This document shows, piece by piece, positions 31,887-40,356 of a stretch of DNA of 64,000 nt; the stretch's first letter is position 1; each line of letters begins with the position of its first letter. A program made the position numbers and the translations under genes. The DNA comes from Planctomycetota bacterium. Lineage in GTDB: Bacteria; Planctomycetota; UBA1135; UBA2386. The notes beneath the pieces are model-generated. The model had not been told where the DNA came from. It searched no databases and saw only the letters and a list, made by a program, of their open reading frames with translations. The stretch covers positions 2,504-66,503 of the forward strand of contig JACRLW010000025.1 in the NCBI GenBank assembly GCA_016235155.1, in the 5' to 3' direction.

Positions 31887-32936
31887 ATGAGCGAGTCCAT
31901 CACGCCGCTCCGCGCACTCACCCTGTTCGCGGTGGTCACCGTCTTCTCCCCCGCCGCACGCTCTCAGGAGCCGGTGTCGTTCCGGACCGACGTCCTGCCG
32001 ATCCTCGAGGAGCGTTGCTTCGACTGCCACCAGGCCACGCGCACCGACGCACGCGGCCGCACGAAGAAGCACAAGGGCGGACTGCGCCTCGACGGCAACG
32101 CCTGGATCCTCCGCGGCGGCGACGGTGGCGACGTCGTGGTCGCGGGCAAGCCCGACGACAGTCCCCTGCTGACGCGCGCCGAACTCGACGAGGACGACCC
32201 CGATCACATGCCCGATCGCGGCGATCCGCTGACCGTCGCGCAGCTCGAGGTGATTCGCCGCTGGATCGCCTCGGGAGCGTCCTTCGGCGACTGGACCGGT
32301 GCCCCACTCGACGCATCCGCCGCGTCGGTCCCCGTCGCGCAGGCGGGCGCGACGGTCCCGGCCGGAGCGCGCGCGGCCCGTCTGCTCGCACTCGCGGACG
32401 GTCTCGCGCCGCTGAGCGAGGCGGAGCGCAAGGCGTTGGGCGAGGCCGGTGCCCACGTCGAAGACCTCCTCGGCGATCGCCGGTTGTTCCGCATCGGTTT
32501 TCCCGGCCGCCAGGCGTCGATCGACGACGCCGCGCTGCGTGTGCTCGACCGGGTGAAGGAACACGTCGTCGAACTCGATCTCGCGCGAACCCCCATCGAC
32601 GACTCCGCACTCGACTCGCTCGCGCGCCTGCCCCGTCTCTCGCGCCTCGACCTCTCGGACACGCGCATCTCGGCCGCGGGCCTGCGCAAGCTCACGCGTG
32701 CGGCGTCGCTCCGCACGCTCGTGCTGGTCGGGACGACCTTGCACGAGGACGCCGTCGGCGTGCTCGCCGGGATGCCGCATCTGGAGACCGTGCACCTCTG
32801 GCGCAGCGGACTCGGCGACGGCGAACTCGCCGCGCTGCGCGACGCGTCGCCGCAACTCCGCGTCGTCGGCCCACCTTCGCTGCCGCCTCCCGAAGCTCCG
32901 AGCGCGGGACGCGACGGCCCCCGCCGCCGTCGCTGA
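31887..32936 (+). CDS. Planctomycete cytochrome c (PSCyt1) fused to leucine-rich repeats
   Basis: VSFRTDVLPILEERCFDCH...KGGLRLD...HMP...IRRWIASGA; LRR LDLARTPIDD, LDLSDTRIS. Confidence 0.88.
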   Translation: MSESITPLRALTLFAVVTVFSPAARSQEPVSFRTDVLPILEERCFDCHQATRTDARGRTKKHKGGLRLDGNAWILRGGDGGDVVVAGKPDDSPLLTRAELDEDDPDHMPDRGDPLTVAQLEVIRRWIASGASFGDWTGAPLDASAASVPVAQAGATVPAGARAARLLALADGLAPLSEAERKALGEAGAHVEDLLGDRRLFRIGFPGRQASIDDAALRVLDRVKEHVVELDLARTPIDDSALDSLARLPRLSRLDLSDTRISAAGLRKLTRAASLRTLVLVGTTLHEDAVGVLAGMPHLETVHLWRSGLGDGELAALRDASPQLRVVGPPSLPPPEAPSAGRDGPRRRR

Positions 32937-32949
32937 GGAGTCGGGCCGC

Positions 32950-33948
32950 TCAGTGCGGTCCGACGTCCATCGTGACGCTCAGCCACGCACTGAAGTCCGG
33001 AGCGATGTAACCCGACAGGTCCTCGCCAAGACCCCATTCGAGTCGCGTCCCGTCGCTCAGGCGGTGTCGCAATGCGATCCAGAGCAGCCATTGGTCGTCG
33101 GCGGCGCGCCCGAAGCCGAGACCCCGCAACGTCGACGACTCGTACTGCGTCTGCACGAGGAACGAGCACGAATCCGCGAGCGCGACCTCGGCGCCGAGAT
33201 CGAACGAACTGACGTCGCCGAAGGCGAGTCCTGCCGCGCGCGCGCGATCCGGCGTGCGCGCGAAGCTGTGCGCGGCCTGTGCGGTCCACGCGATCGGACC
33301 CGTCCGCAACTCGCAGACGACGCCGAGTGCCGCGTCGATCCCGCCGTTGCCGAAGCCGGCGTCTTCGTCCCCCGCCGGAAGTTCCACGCCGCCGCGCAAT
33401 GCGACGCCGACGCGATGCTCGGCGTCGATCGACCACGGCGCGAACGTCAGCACGATCGGCACGTCGCCCAGGTGGAGACCGTTCGGCTCGACCTCGAACA
33501 CCGTGGCGCCGTCGCGCACCGCGCGGATCGCGACCGCGTCGGACGGCGCGGCGTCGCGCCCCTGATCCGGAAAGCCGAACCAGTCGTGCCAGTCGACGAC
33601 GAAGTCGTCGAGGAAGCCGCCGGACGCGTGCAACACCGGGAGTTCCGCCGCGACATCGAAGCCGCCGCCGAGTCCCACGCGCACCGCGGCGGCGGTGCGC
33701 AACAGTTCACCGTCCATGATGAACGAACCGCGGGAGTCGGAGCCGCTGAGGAAGTAGCTCGAGTACGCCGTCGACAGGTCGACTCGCGCGGTGCTCGCAT
33801 CGAGCACCTCGGCGGAACGAGGCGACAGGCGTTGCACGGTGAGTTGCGCCGGATGCTGGTTGCGGACCGCGAGCGGACCGTCGAAGCGGGGGACCGACGC
33901 GCAGGACGCACACGCGACGAGCGCGCCGACAGCCGCTCGCCGCTTCAT
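32950..33948 (-). CDS. DUF3187-like outer-membrane protein
   Basis: PLAVRNQHP, MDGELLR, SGGFLDDFVVDWHDWFGFPDQGR, GLGEDL, APDFS. Confidence 0.75.
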   Translation of the reverse strand: MKRRAAVGALVACASCASVPRFDGPLAVRNQHPAQLTVQRLSPRSAEVLDASTARVDLSTAYSSYFLSGSDSRGSFIMDGELLRTAAAVRVGLGGGFDVAAELPVLHASGGFLDDFVVDWHDWFGFPDQGRDAAPSDAVAIRAVRDGATVFEVEPNGLHLGDVPIVLTFAPWSIDAEHRVGVALRGGVELPAGDEDAGFGNGGIDAALGVVCELRTGPIAWTAQAAHSFARTPDRARAAGLAFGDVSSFDLGAEVALADSCSFLVQTQYESSTLRGLGFGRAADDQWLLWIALRHRLSDGTRLEWGLGEDLSGYIAPDFSAWLSVTMDVGPH

Positions 33949-34063
33949 CCAAGACTGCCTCTGCGTCCGATCGCCGCGCGTCACCGGGAGCCCTTCTAGC
34001 ACCGCGGTCGGTCGCGGCCAATCGCGGGCCGCACTCACGGAGATCCGTACCGACGCGCTTGCT

Positions 34064-35284
34064 ATGCTGCGCCGCTCCGTCGCGGTGCCCGCCTTGCAAC
34101 ACGCCTCCCCCACTGCCGCGCTCGCCGTCGTTTCGGTTGCAGCGTTCTTCCTCCCGGCCTGCTCGAGCGGCGGCAAGCAGAACGGCCTGAACGGCCAGAT
34201 CAAGCTCGCGGCCAACCACTACCTGTTCGGCATGGTGGCACGGCCGAGCTTCGGCCACTTCCCGACCGTCGCGGCGGACGTGGAGACCGTCGACGGCCGC
34301 TTCTTCGTGAAGGACACCGGCCGCTACGAGCTGCGCCTCGCTTCCGGCACCCTGCTGTCCGAGAGCGAGTACGCGCTCGACCCCGACGGCACGTTCTCGA
34401 TCGCGGTGCCGACCAGCACGCAAACCGTGGTCTACCGCGGCGCGTACGGGCTCGAGGGTAAGAGCGGCGACGTCGTCCTCACCGACCACATCGGTTCGGG
34501 AATCGGGCTCTACGTCGGCGCGGCGCTCGTGCAGGGCAATCCCGCCCTGCCGGCGATGGTCGGCAACTGGCATGTGTTCACGCTGCACGCGGTGCTCGCC
34601 CCCGCCGGTTCGGTACCCGACGAGGACTCGGTCGGCCTCGCCTTCGGCGGCACGCTCGCACTCGCGGCCGACGGCTCGTTCACCGGCACCGGCGTCGAGT
34701 CCGAGAACGGCAACATCTCCCTGCGCGGTGACCCGAACGACTTCCAGGCCTTCGCCGACGGTCGCTTCGCGCTCGAGATGCTCTACGACCCGCCGACGCG
34801 ACCCGACTACCAGCGCGGCTTCGTCGCGGGTGGCACGACCCGCTTCGTCGCGGGCGTCGACGAGGACAGCGGCGGCACCGACGGCGCGGCCGGCACGATC
34901 CTCCTGATGCGGCACCGCACGGCGGCATATGCGGCCGCCGATCTCGCCGGCAAGTACCGACTGGGCATGCAGACCCTGTTCATCCGCTCCGACGCCTCGG
35001 GTTCCGACGCGGCGCTCGGTGAACTCGAGCTGACGGCGACCGGCGACTTCCGCATCGACGCGACCAACAACCAGGGCCAGGACTTCTCCTACACCGGGAC
35101 CTGGGTCGCCGCCGCGGACGGCACCTTGACCTTCACCGTGTCGGGCACCAACGAGACCTGGCGCGGCGCGTTCGACGACGGCTACGACACCGTGGTCTTC
35201 GTCGACCCATTCAAGGAAGTCCGCGCCAACCTCCAGAAGGAACTGAACCTCGGCGTCGCCCTGCGGCCCAAGCCCGTGCCCTGA
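34064..35284 (+). CDS. Beta-rich lipoprotein with internal repeats
   Basis: Lipobox LPAC; recurring xDG(T/S/R)F motifs. Confidence 0.75.
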   Translation: MLRRSVAVPALQHASPTAALAVVSVAAFFLPACSSGGKQNGLNGQIKLAANHYLFGMVARPSFGHFPTVAADVETVDGRFFVKDTGRYELRLASGTLLSESEYALDPDGTFSIAVPTSTQTVVYRGAYGLEGKSGDVVLTDHIGSGIGLYVGAALVQGNPALPAMVGNWHVFTLHAVLAPAGSVPDEDSVGLAFGGTLALAADGSFTGTGVESENGNISLRGDPNDFQAFADGRFALEMLYDPPTRPDYQRGFVAGGTTRFVAGVDEDSGGTDGAAGTILLMRHRTAAYAAADLAGKYRLGMQTLFIRSDASGSDAALGELELTATGDFRIDATNNQGQDFSYTGTWVAAADGTLTFTVSGTNETWRGAFDDGYDTVVFVDPFKEVRANLQKELNLGVALRPKPVP

Positions 35285-35293
35285 GGAACCGCG

Positions 35294-36199
35294 ATGAGCC
35301 TCGAGACGCTCGACGACGTCGTCCTGACCACCGACCTGCCGTTCTGCAGGAAGCTCGGCGCCGGCAAGGTCCGCGACCTCTACGAACTCGGCGGCGATCT
35401 CCTGCTGGTCGCCACCGACCGCGTCTCCGCCTTCGACGTCGTGATGCGCGAGGGCATCCCGGGCAAAGGGCGCGTGCTCACCGCCGTCTCGGCCTTCTGG
35501 TTCCGCAAGCTCGCGGACGTCGCGCCGAACCATCTGATCTCGACCGACGTCGACGCGTGGCTCGACGTGCCCGCCGCGCACCGTGCCGTGCTGCGCGGCC
35601 GCACCATGCGTTGCCGCCGCGTGCAGCCCTTGCCGGTCGAGTGGGTCGTGCGCGGCCATCTCGCCGGCTCCGGCTGGACCGACTACCAGAAGTGCGGGGT
35701 CGTCTCCGGCGTCGCCCTGCCCGCCGGCCTGCTCCACGCGAGCCGCATCGAGCCGCCGGTCCTCACGCCGTCGACCAAGGCGGAGTCGGGCCACGACCAA
35801 CCGATCTCGTTCGCGCGCGCGGCGGATCTCGTCGGTCGCCGCGTCGCCGAGACCGCGCGCGACGCCGCGCTCGCGCTGTACGACCGGGGTCGCAGTTTCG
35901 CGGCGACGCGCGGCATCGTGATCGCCGACACCAAGTTCGAGTTCGGAGTCGATGGCGACCGTGTGGTCCTCATCGACGAGTGCCTCACCCCGGATTCCTC
36001 CCGCTTCTGGCCGGCGGACGAGGTCGTCCCCGGCGGCAAGCCGACGAGCTACGACAAACAGGTGCTCCGCGACTGGCTCACCGCGAGCGGTTGGAACAAG
36101 GAGCCGCCGCCGCCCGCTCTGCCGCGCGAAGTCGTCGAGCGCACGGCCCGCACCTATCGCGAACTCGCCGAGCGCCTGACCGGCACGAAGGGTGCCTGA
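35294..36199 (+). CDS. purC: Phosphoribosylaminoimidazolesuccinocarboxamide synthase
   Basis: GKVRDLY, TDRVSAFD, ADTKFEFG, DECLTPDSSRFW, SYDKQ. Confidence 0.97.
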   Translation: MSLETLDDVVLTTDLPFCRKLGAGKVRDLYELGGDLLLVATDRVSAFDVVMREGIPGKGRVLTAVSAFWFRKLADVAPNHLISTDVDAWLDVPAAHRAVLRGRTMRCRRVQPLPVEWVVRGHLAGSGWTDYQKCGVVSGVALPAGLLHASRIEPPVLTPSTKAESGHDQPISFARAADLVGRRVAETARDAALALYDRGRSFAATRGIVIADTKFEFGVDGDRVVLIDECLTPDSSRFWPADEVVPGGKPTSYDKQVLRDWLTASGWNKEPPPPALPREVVERTARTYRELAERLTGTKGA

Positions 36200-36203
36200 C
36201 GCC

Positions 36204-36707
36204 ATGCAGAAGCCCATCGCCTTCCTCCTCGGTTCCGACTCCGATCTGCCGCAACTCGAGGGCGCGTTCGACGCGCTGCGTCAGCTCGAGGTCGGCTTCC
36301 ACGTCCGCGTGTTGTCCGCGCACCGCTCACCCGACGAAGCCTGCGCGTTCGCGCGTGATGCGGCGAAGAACGGCGTGAAGGTCCTGATCGGAGTCGCAGG
36401 CATGGCGGCGCACCTCGCCGGGACGCTCGCCGCGCACACGACCTTGCCCGTGCTCGGCGTTCCCGCCGAAGCCGGCCCCCTCCGCGGCGCGGACGCCCTG
36501 CTCTCGACCGTGATGATGCCGCCCGGCATCCCGGTCGGAACGCTCGGGATCGGCTCCGCCGGTGCACGCAATGCGGCGTTGCTCGCCGCGCGGATCGTCG
36601 CGCTGGGCGACGAGAAGCTCGCCGAACGCCTGCGCGCGGCACGCGAGTCCGACCGCAAGAAGACGCTCGAGAAGGACAACAAGGTCCGCCAGCAGTTCGA
36701 CTGCTGA
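36204..36707 (+). CDS. purE: N5-carboxyaminoimidazole ribonucleotide mutase
   Basis: LGSDSD, SAHRSP, AGMAAHLAG, MPPGIPV. Confidence 0.96.
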   Translation: MQKPIAFLLGSDSDLPQLEGAFDALRQLEVGFHVRVLSAHRSPDEACAFARDAAKNGVKVLIGVAGMAAHLAGTLAAHTTLPVLGVPAEAGPLRGADALLSTVMMPPGIPVGTLGIGSAGARNAALLAARIVALGDEKLAERLRAARESDRKKTLEKDNKVRQQFDC

Positions 36708-36716
36708 TCGGCGAGG

Positions 36717-37913
36717 ATGCCGATGCAGCCCGCGATCCGTTGGGTCGGCGACGAGGACGGCCGGCTCGAGGTCCTCGACCAGACCTTGCTCCCCGACGTC
36801 GAGCGCGTGCTCCGCATCGACGACGAAGACGCGGCGATCGATGCCATCTCCCGACTCGCGGTCCGCGGTGCTCCGGCCCTCGGAGTCGTCGCCGCGTTCG
36901 CGACGGTGCTCGGCGTGCGCGCGCGACGCCCGTCCGACGCGACGTCCTTCACGGCGGCGCTCGCCGCATCGTGTGAGCGCCTCGCCGCGTCGCGACCCAC
37001 CGCGGTCAACCTCGCCGCGGCGCTCGCGCGCGTTCGCGACGCGGCCGCGCGCGAACCGACGCTCGCCGCGCTCCTGCGCGTCGCGCGATCGCTCGCCGAC
37101 GACGACGCGCGGTGCTGCGCGGCGCTCGCGCAACACGGCGTCGGGCTCGTGCGCGACGGCGCCACGGTGCTCACCCACTGCAACACCGGCCGCCTCGCGA
37201 CCGCCGGCGACGGCACCGCGCTCGGCTTGCTGCTCGAAGCCCATCGCCGCGGCGTCCGCTTCGCCGTCCTCGCCGGCGAGACCCGCCCGCTGCTGCAGGG
37301 CAGTCGACTCACGGCGCTGGAATTGTCCAAGGCCGGGATCGCGGTCGAACTGATCGTCGACTCCGCCGCCGCGGGGATCATCGCCCGCGGCGGGATCGAC
37401 CTCGTCCTGTGCGGCGCGGACCGGATCGCGCGCAACGGAGACGTCGCCAACAAGGTGGGCACCTATGGGCTGGCCCTCGCTGCCGCGACCCACGACATCC
37501 CGTTCTGGATCGTCGCGCCGACCGGCACCTTCGACCTCGCGACCCCGTCGGGTGACGGGATTCCCATCGAGGAGCGCGACCCGCGCGAGGTCCTCGAGTT
37601 CGCCGGGCGTCGCGTGGCGGCACGAGGCGTCTCCGCACGCAACCCGGCCTTCGACGTGACGCCCGCCCGTCTGCTGACCGGGATCGTGACCGAGCACGGC
37701 CGGATCAGCCCGGTCGATCGGGACAGCGTCGAGGCGCACTTCCAGTCGCGGGCACCTCTGATCCGATCCGGGCTCCATGAGTCCCGGGGGCAGTCAGACA
37801 AAGACGGCGCACAAGCAAGCGGCGGCGCGCAAGCCGACCGCACGCGCGCGCAAGACGGCGGACAAGCCGGCCCCTCGAAGCGCTCGACGCACGACGCCTC
37901 GCACGGAACGTGA
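36717..37913 (+). CDS. mtnA: S-methyl-5-thioribose-1-phosphate isomerase (with C-terminal extension)
   Basis: LDQTLLP, VRGAPALG, RPTAVNL, THCNTGRLAT, ETRPLLQGSRLTA, GADRIARNGDVANKVGTY, NPAFDVTP. Confidence 0.94.
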   Translation: MPMQPAIRWVGDEDGRLEVLDQTLLPDVERVLRIDDEDAAIDAISRLAVRGAPALGVVAAFATVLGVRARRPSDATSFTAALAASCERLAASRPTAVNLAAALARVRDAAAREPTLAALLRVARSLADDDARCCAALAQHGVGLVRDGATVLTHCNTGRLATAGDGTALGLLLEAHRRGVRFAVLAGETRPLLQGSRLTALELSKAGIAVELIVDSAAAGIIARGGIDLVLCGADRIARNGDVANKVGTYGLALAAATHDIPFWIVAPTGTFDLATPSGDGIPIEERDPREVLEFAGRRVAARGVSARNPAFDVTPARLLTGIVTEHGRISPVDRDSVEAHFQSRAPLIRSGLHESRGQSDKDGAQASGGAQADRTRAQDGGQAGPSKRSTHDASHGT

Positions 37914-38106
37914 CGAGTTGCAGAAGGAACGGAACGGCGACGTCGCCGGGCCCGCGCGTTCCGCGCCGATGGAGCAGGAGATCGGTCCCGACGAACTCGA
38001 GTTCATCGCGGCCCTCGACCTCTTCAAGAAGCAGAACGGCCGGCCGTTCCCCTCGTGGAGCGAAGTGCTCTTCGTGCTGCGCGGTCTCGGCTACCGCAAG
38101 GCCTGA
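37777..38106 (+). CDS. Small basic hypothetical protein (planctomycete-type C-terminus)
   Basis: EFIAALDLFKKQNGRPFPSWSEVLFVLRGLGYRK; K/R/A-rich N-terminus; start uncertain. Confidence 0.75.
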   Translation: MSPGGSQTKTAHKQAAARKPTARARKTADKPAPRSARRTTPRTERDELQKERNGDVAGPARSAPMEQEIGPDELEFIAALDLFKKQNGRPFPSWSEVLFVLRGLGYRKA

Positions 38107-38122
38107 CCGCAAGACCTGAACG

Positions 38123-38917
38123 TCAGCGGTCGAAGACGCCGGCCGCGCACATCCAAGCGAGCGCGAGCCCCGCCGCGATCCGATACCACGCGAAGGGAGC
38201 GAACGTGTGCTTCTGCAGGAAGCGCACGAAGGGCACGACGACGACGATCGCGGTGAAAAAACTCGCCGCCGCCCCGATCGAGAGGTCCGCGAGGTACTCG
38301 CCGCCGAGTCGGTCGCGCTCCTTCCACAGCTTGAGCAGGCACGCTCCGTAGAGGATCGGCAGACCGACGAGGAACGAGAACTCGGCGGCCGCCGTCCGCG
38401 AGAGCCCGGCCAGCAGTCCGCCGGCGATCGTCGCCGCCGAACGGCTCGTGCCCGGGACCAGCGCGAGGCACTGCAAGGCGCCGACGAACACGGCGTCGCG
38501 CGGGGTCATCTGCGTGGAATCGCGCCGCGTCGCCTGCGGCGTCCGGCGGAGCCAGCGCTCGAGCAGCAACAAGAGCACGCCGCCCGCGATGGTCGTTCCG
38601 GCGACCACTCCGGGGCGGAACAGGTGCGCGTCGAGGAAGTCGTCGAAGAGCAGGCCGAGCACCGTCGCGGGCAGCGCCGCGACCACGATCAAGGTGAGGA
38701 GGTTCGAACCGATTCCGCCGCCTGATCGCAGGATCCCGGCCGCCGCGTGCAGCAGCCGCTTCCGGTACAGCACGGCGATCGCGCTGATCGCGCCGGCCTG
38801 GATCGCGACCAGAAAGGTCGGGTCGTCGTGTCCGAGCAACCGGTTCGCGACGACGAGATGGCCGGTGCTGCTGACCGGCAGGAACTCCGTGAGACCCTCG
38901 ACGAGGCCGAGGATCAC
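38123..38917 (-). CDS. uppP: Undecaprenyl-diphosphatase (BacA); start may be CTG at 38977
   Basis: GLVEGLTEFLPVSSTGH, PGTSRSAATI, AAEFSFL, FAWYRI. Confidence 0.93.
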   Translation of the reverse strand: MILGLVEGLTEFLPVSSTGHLVVANRLLGHDDPTFLVAIQAGAISAIAVLYRKRLLHAAAGILRSGGGIGSNLLTLIVVAALPATVLGLLFDDFLDAHLFRPGVVAGTTIAGGVLLLLLERWLRRTPQATRRDSTQMTPRDAVFVGALQCLALVPGTSRSAATIAGGLLAGLSRTAAAEFSFLVGLPILYGACLLKLWKERDRLGGEYLADLSIGAAASFFTAIVVVVPFVRFLQKHTFAPFAWYRIAAGLALAWMCAAGVFDR

Positions 38918-38973
38918 CGCCGCGATCAGGCCGGGCCCGATCAGGTCCGCGTCGTCGAGCGACGGCTCGCCGC

Positions 38974-40083
38974 TCAGAGCGCCTTCTCCGGGGCGACGTA
39001 CTCGTAGCCGAAGGCCTCGGCGACGCCCGGATGCGTGACCTTGCCGTCGATCGCGTTCGCCGCCGTGCGCAGGCCAGGTTCCTGCAGCGCCGCGCGTGCA
39101 CCGAGCTTCGCGAGACGGATCGCCCAGGGCGCCGTCGCGTTGGCGAGCGCGAACGTCGACGTGCGCGGCACGGCGCCGGGCATGTTCGCGACGCAGTAGT
39201 GGATGACGCCGTCGATCGTGAAGGTCGGTTTCTCGTGCGTGGTCGGCTTGCAGGTCTCGACGCAGCCGCCCTGGTCGACGGCGACGTCGACGATCACCGG
39301 TCCGTCGTCCTTCATGATCTTCAGGTCTTCGCGGCGCACGAGCCGCGGCGCCCTCGCGCCATGCACCAGCACGGCGCCGACGACGAGGTCCGCGTGCGGG
39401 AGCTGCTCGCGGATCGCGAAGGGGTTGCTGTGCAGCAGGTGCACATTCGCGGGCATGACGTCGGCCAGGTAGCGCAGGCGCTCGAGGTCGATGTCCATCA
39501 GGATCACGTTCGCGCCCATCCCGGCGGCCATCTTCGCCGCGTGCGTGCCGACGATGCCGCCGCCGAGCACGAGGACCGTCGCCGGTTCCACGCCGGGCAC
39601 GCCGCCGAGCAGGATGCCGCGGCCGCCGTTGTGCATCTCGAGGCACGCCGCGCCGACTTGGATCGCCATGCGTCCGGCGACCTCGCTCATCGGCGTGAGC
39701 AAAGGCAGCCGGCGCTGCACTTCGAGCGTCTCGTAGGCGAAGCAGTGCGCTCCCGACTTCAACATCGCATCGGTGAGTTCCTGGCTCGCCGCGAAATGGA
39801 AGTAGGTGAACAACACCTGCCCGCGACGGATCAGCGGGTACTCGCCCGGCAGCGGCTCCTTCACCTTCACGACCATGTCCGCGCGGCCGTAGACCTCTGC
39901 CGCCGTCGCGACGAGCTTCGCGCCCGCGCCCTCGAACGCCGCATCCGAGATGCCGGCGCCGAGTCCGCCGCCCTTCTGGACGAGGACGGTGTGCCCGGCC
40001 TCGACGAGCCCGTGCACCATCGCCGGCACGGCGCCGATGCGGTTCTCCTGCGGTTTGATCTCCTTGGGGACGCCGATGATCAT
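38974..40083 (-). CDS. ald: Alanine dehydrogenase
   Basis: MIIGVPKEIK, KVKEP, LPLLTPMSEVAGR, DVAVDQGGC, HYCVANMPGAVPRTST. Confidence 0.97.
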   Translation of the reverse strand: MIIGVPKEIKPQENRIGAVPAMVHGLVEAGHTVLVQKGGGLGAGISDAAFEGAGAKLVATAAEVYGRADMVVKVKEPLPGEYPLIRRGQVLFTYFHFAASQELTDAMLKSGAHCFAYETLEVQRRLPLLTPMSEVAGRMAIQVGAACLEMHNGGRGILLGGVPGVEPATVLVLGGGIVGTHAAKMAAGMGANVILMDIDLERLRYLADVMPANVHLLHSNPFAIREQLPHADLVVGAVLVHGARAPRLVRREDLKIMKDDGPVIVDVAVDQGGCVETCKPTTHEKPTFTIDGVIHYCVANMPGAVPRTSTFALANATAPWAIRLAKLGARAALQEPGLRTAANAIDGKVTHPGVAEAFGYEYVAPEKAL

Positions 40084-40242
40084 CGCGGTCGCTTCAGCCT
40101 TTCACGGGACAGGGTCGTCGCGCGCGTGCGCGGCGCGGAAGCATCGCCGTGCGGAGCGACGCTGGCAAACACGGCCTCGCGCCGCGAAACGGCCGGCGCT
40201 CTTGATCCCGTTCCCCCCGATCGCTACGACACCCGCCCTCGC

Positions 40243-40316
40243 GGGCGTTTAGCTCAGTTGGCTAGAGCACCAGCTCGACAAGCTGGGGGTCACTGGTTCG
40301 AGCCCAGTAACGCCCA
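40243..40316 (+). tRNA. tRNA-Val(GAC)
   Basis: GGGCGTT/AACGCCC acceptor; CCAGC-TCGACAA-GCTGG anticodon arm; ACTGG-TTCGAGC-CCAGT; CCA not encoded. Confidence 0.93.
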
Positions 40317-40356
40317 TTCCCGCAGCCGGCAGGGTCGCGGCTAGGATCCGCGGCCC

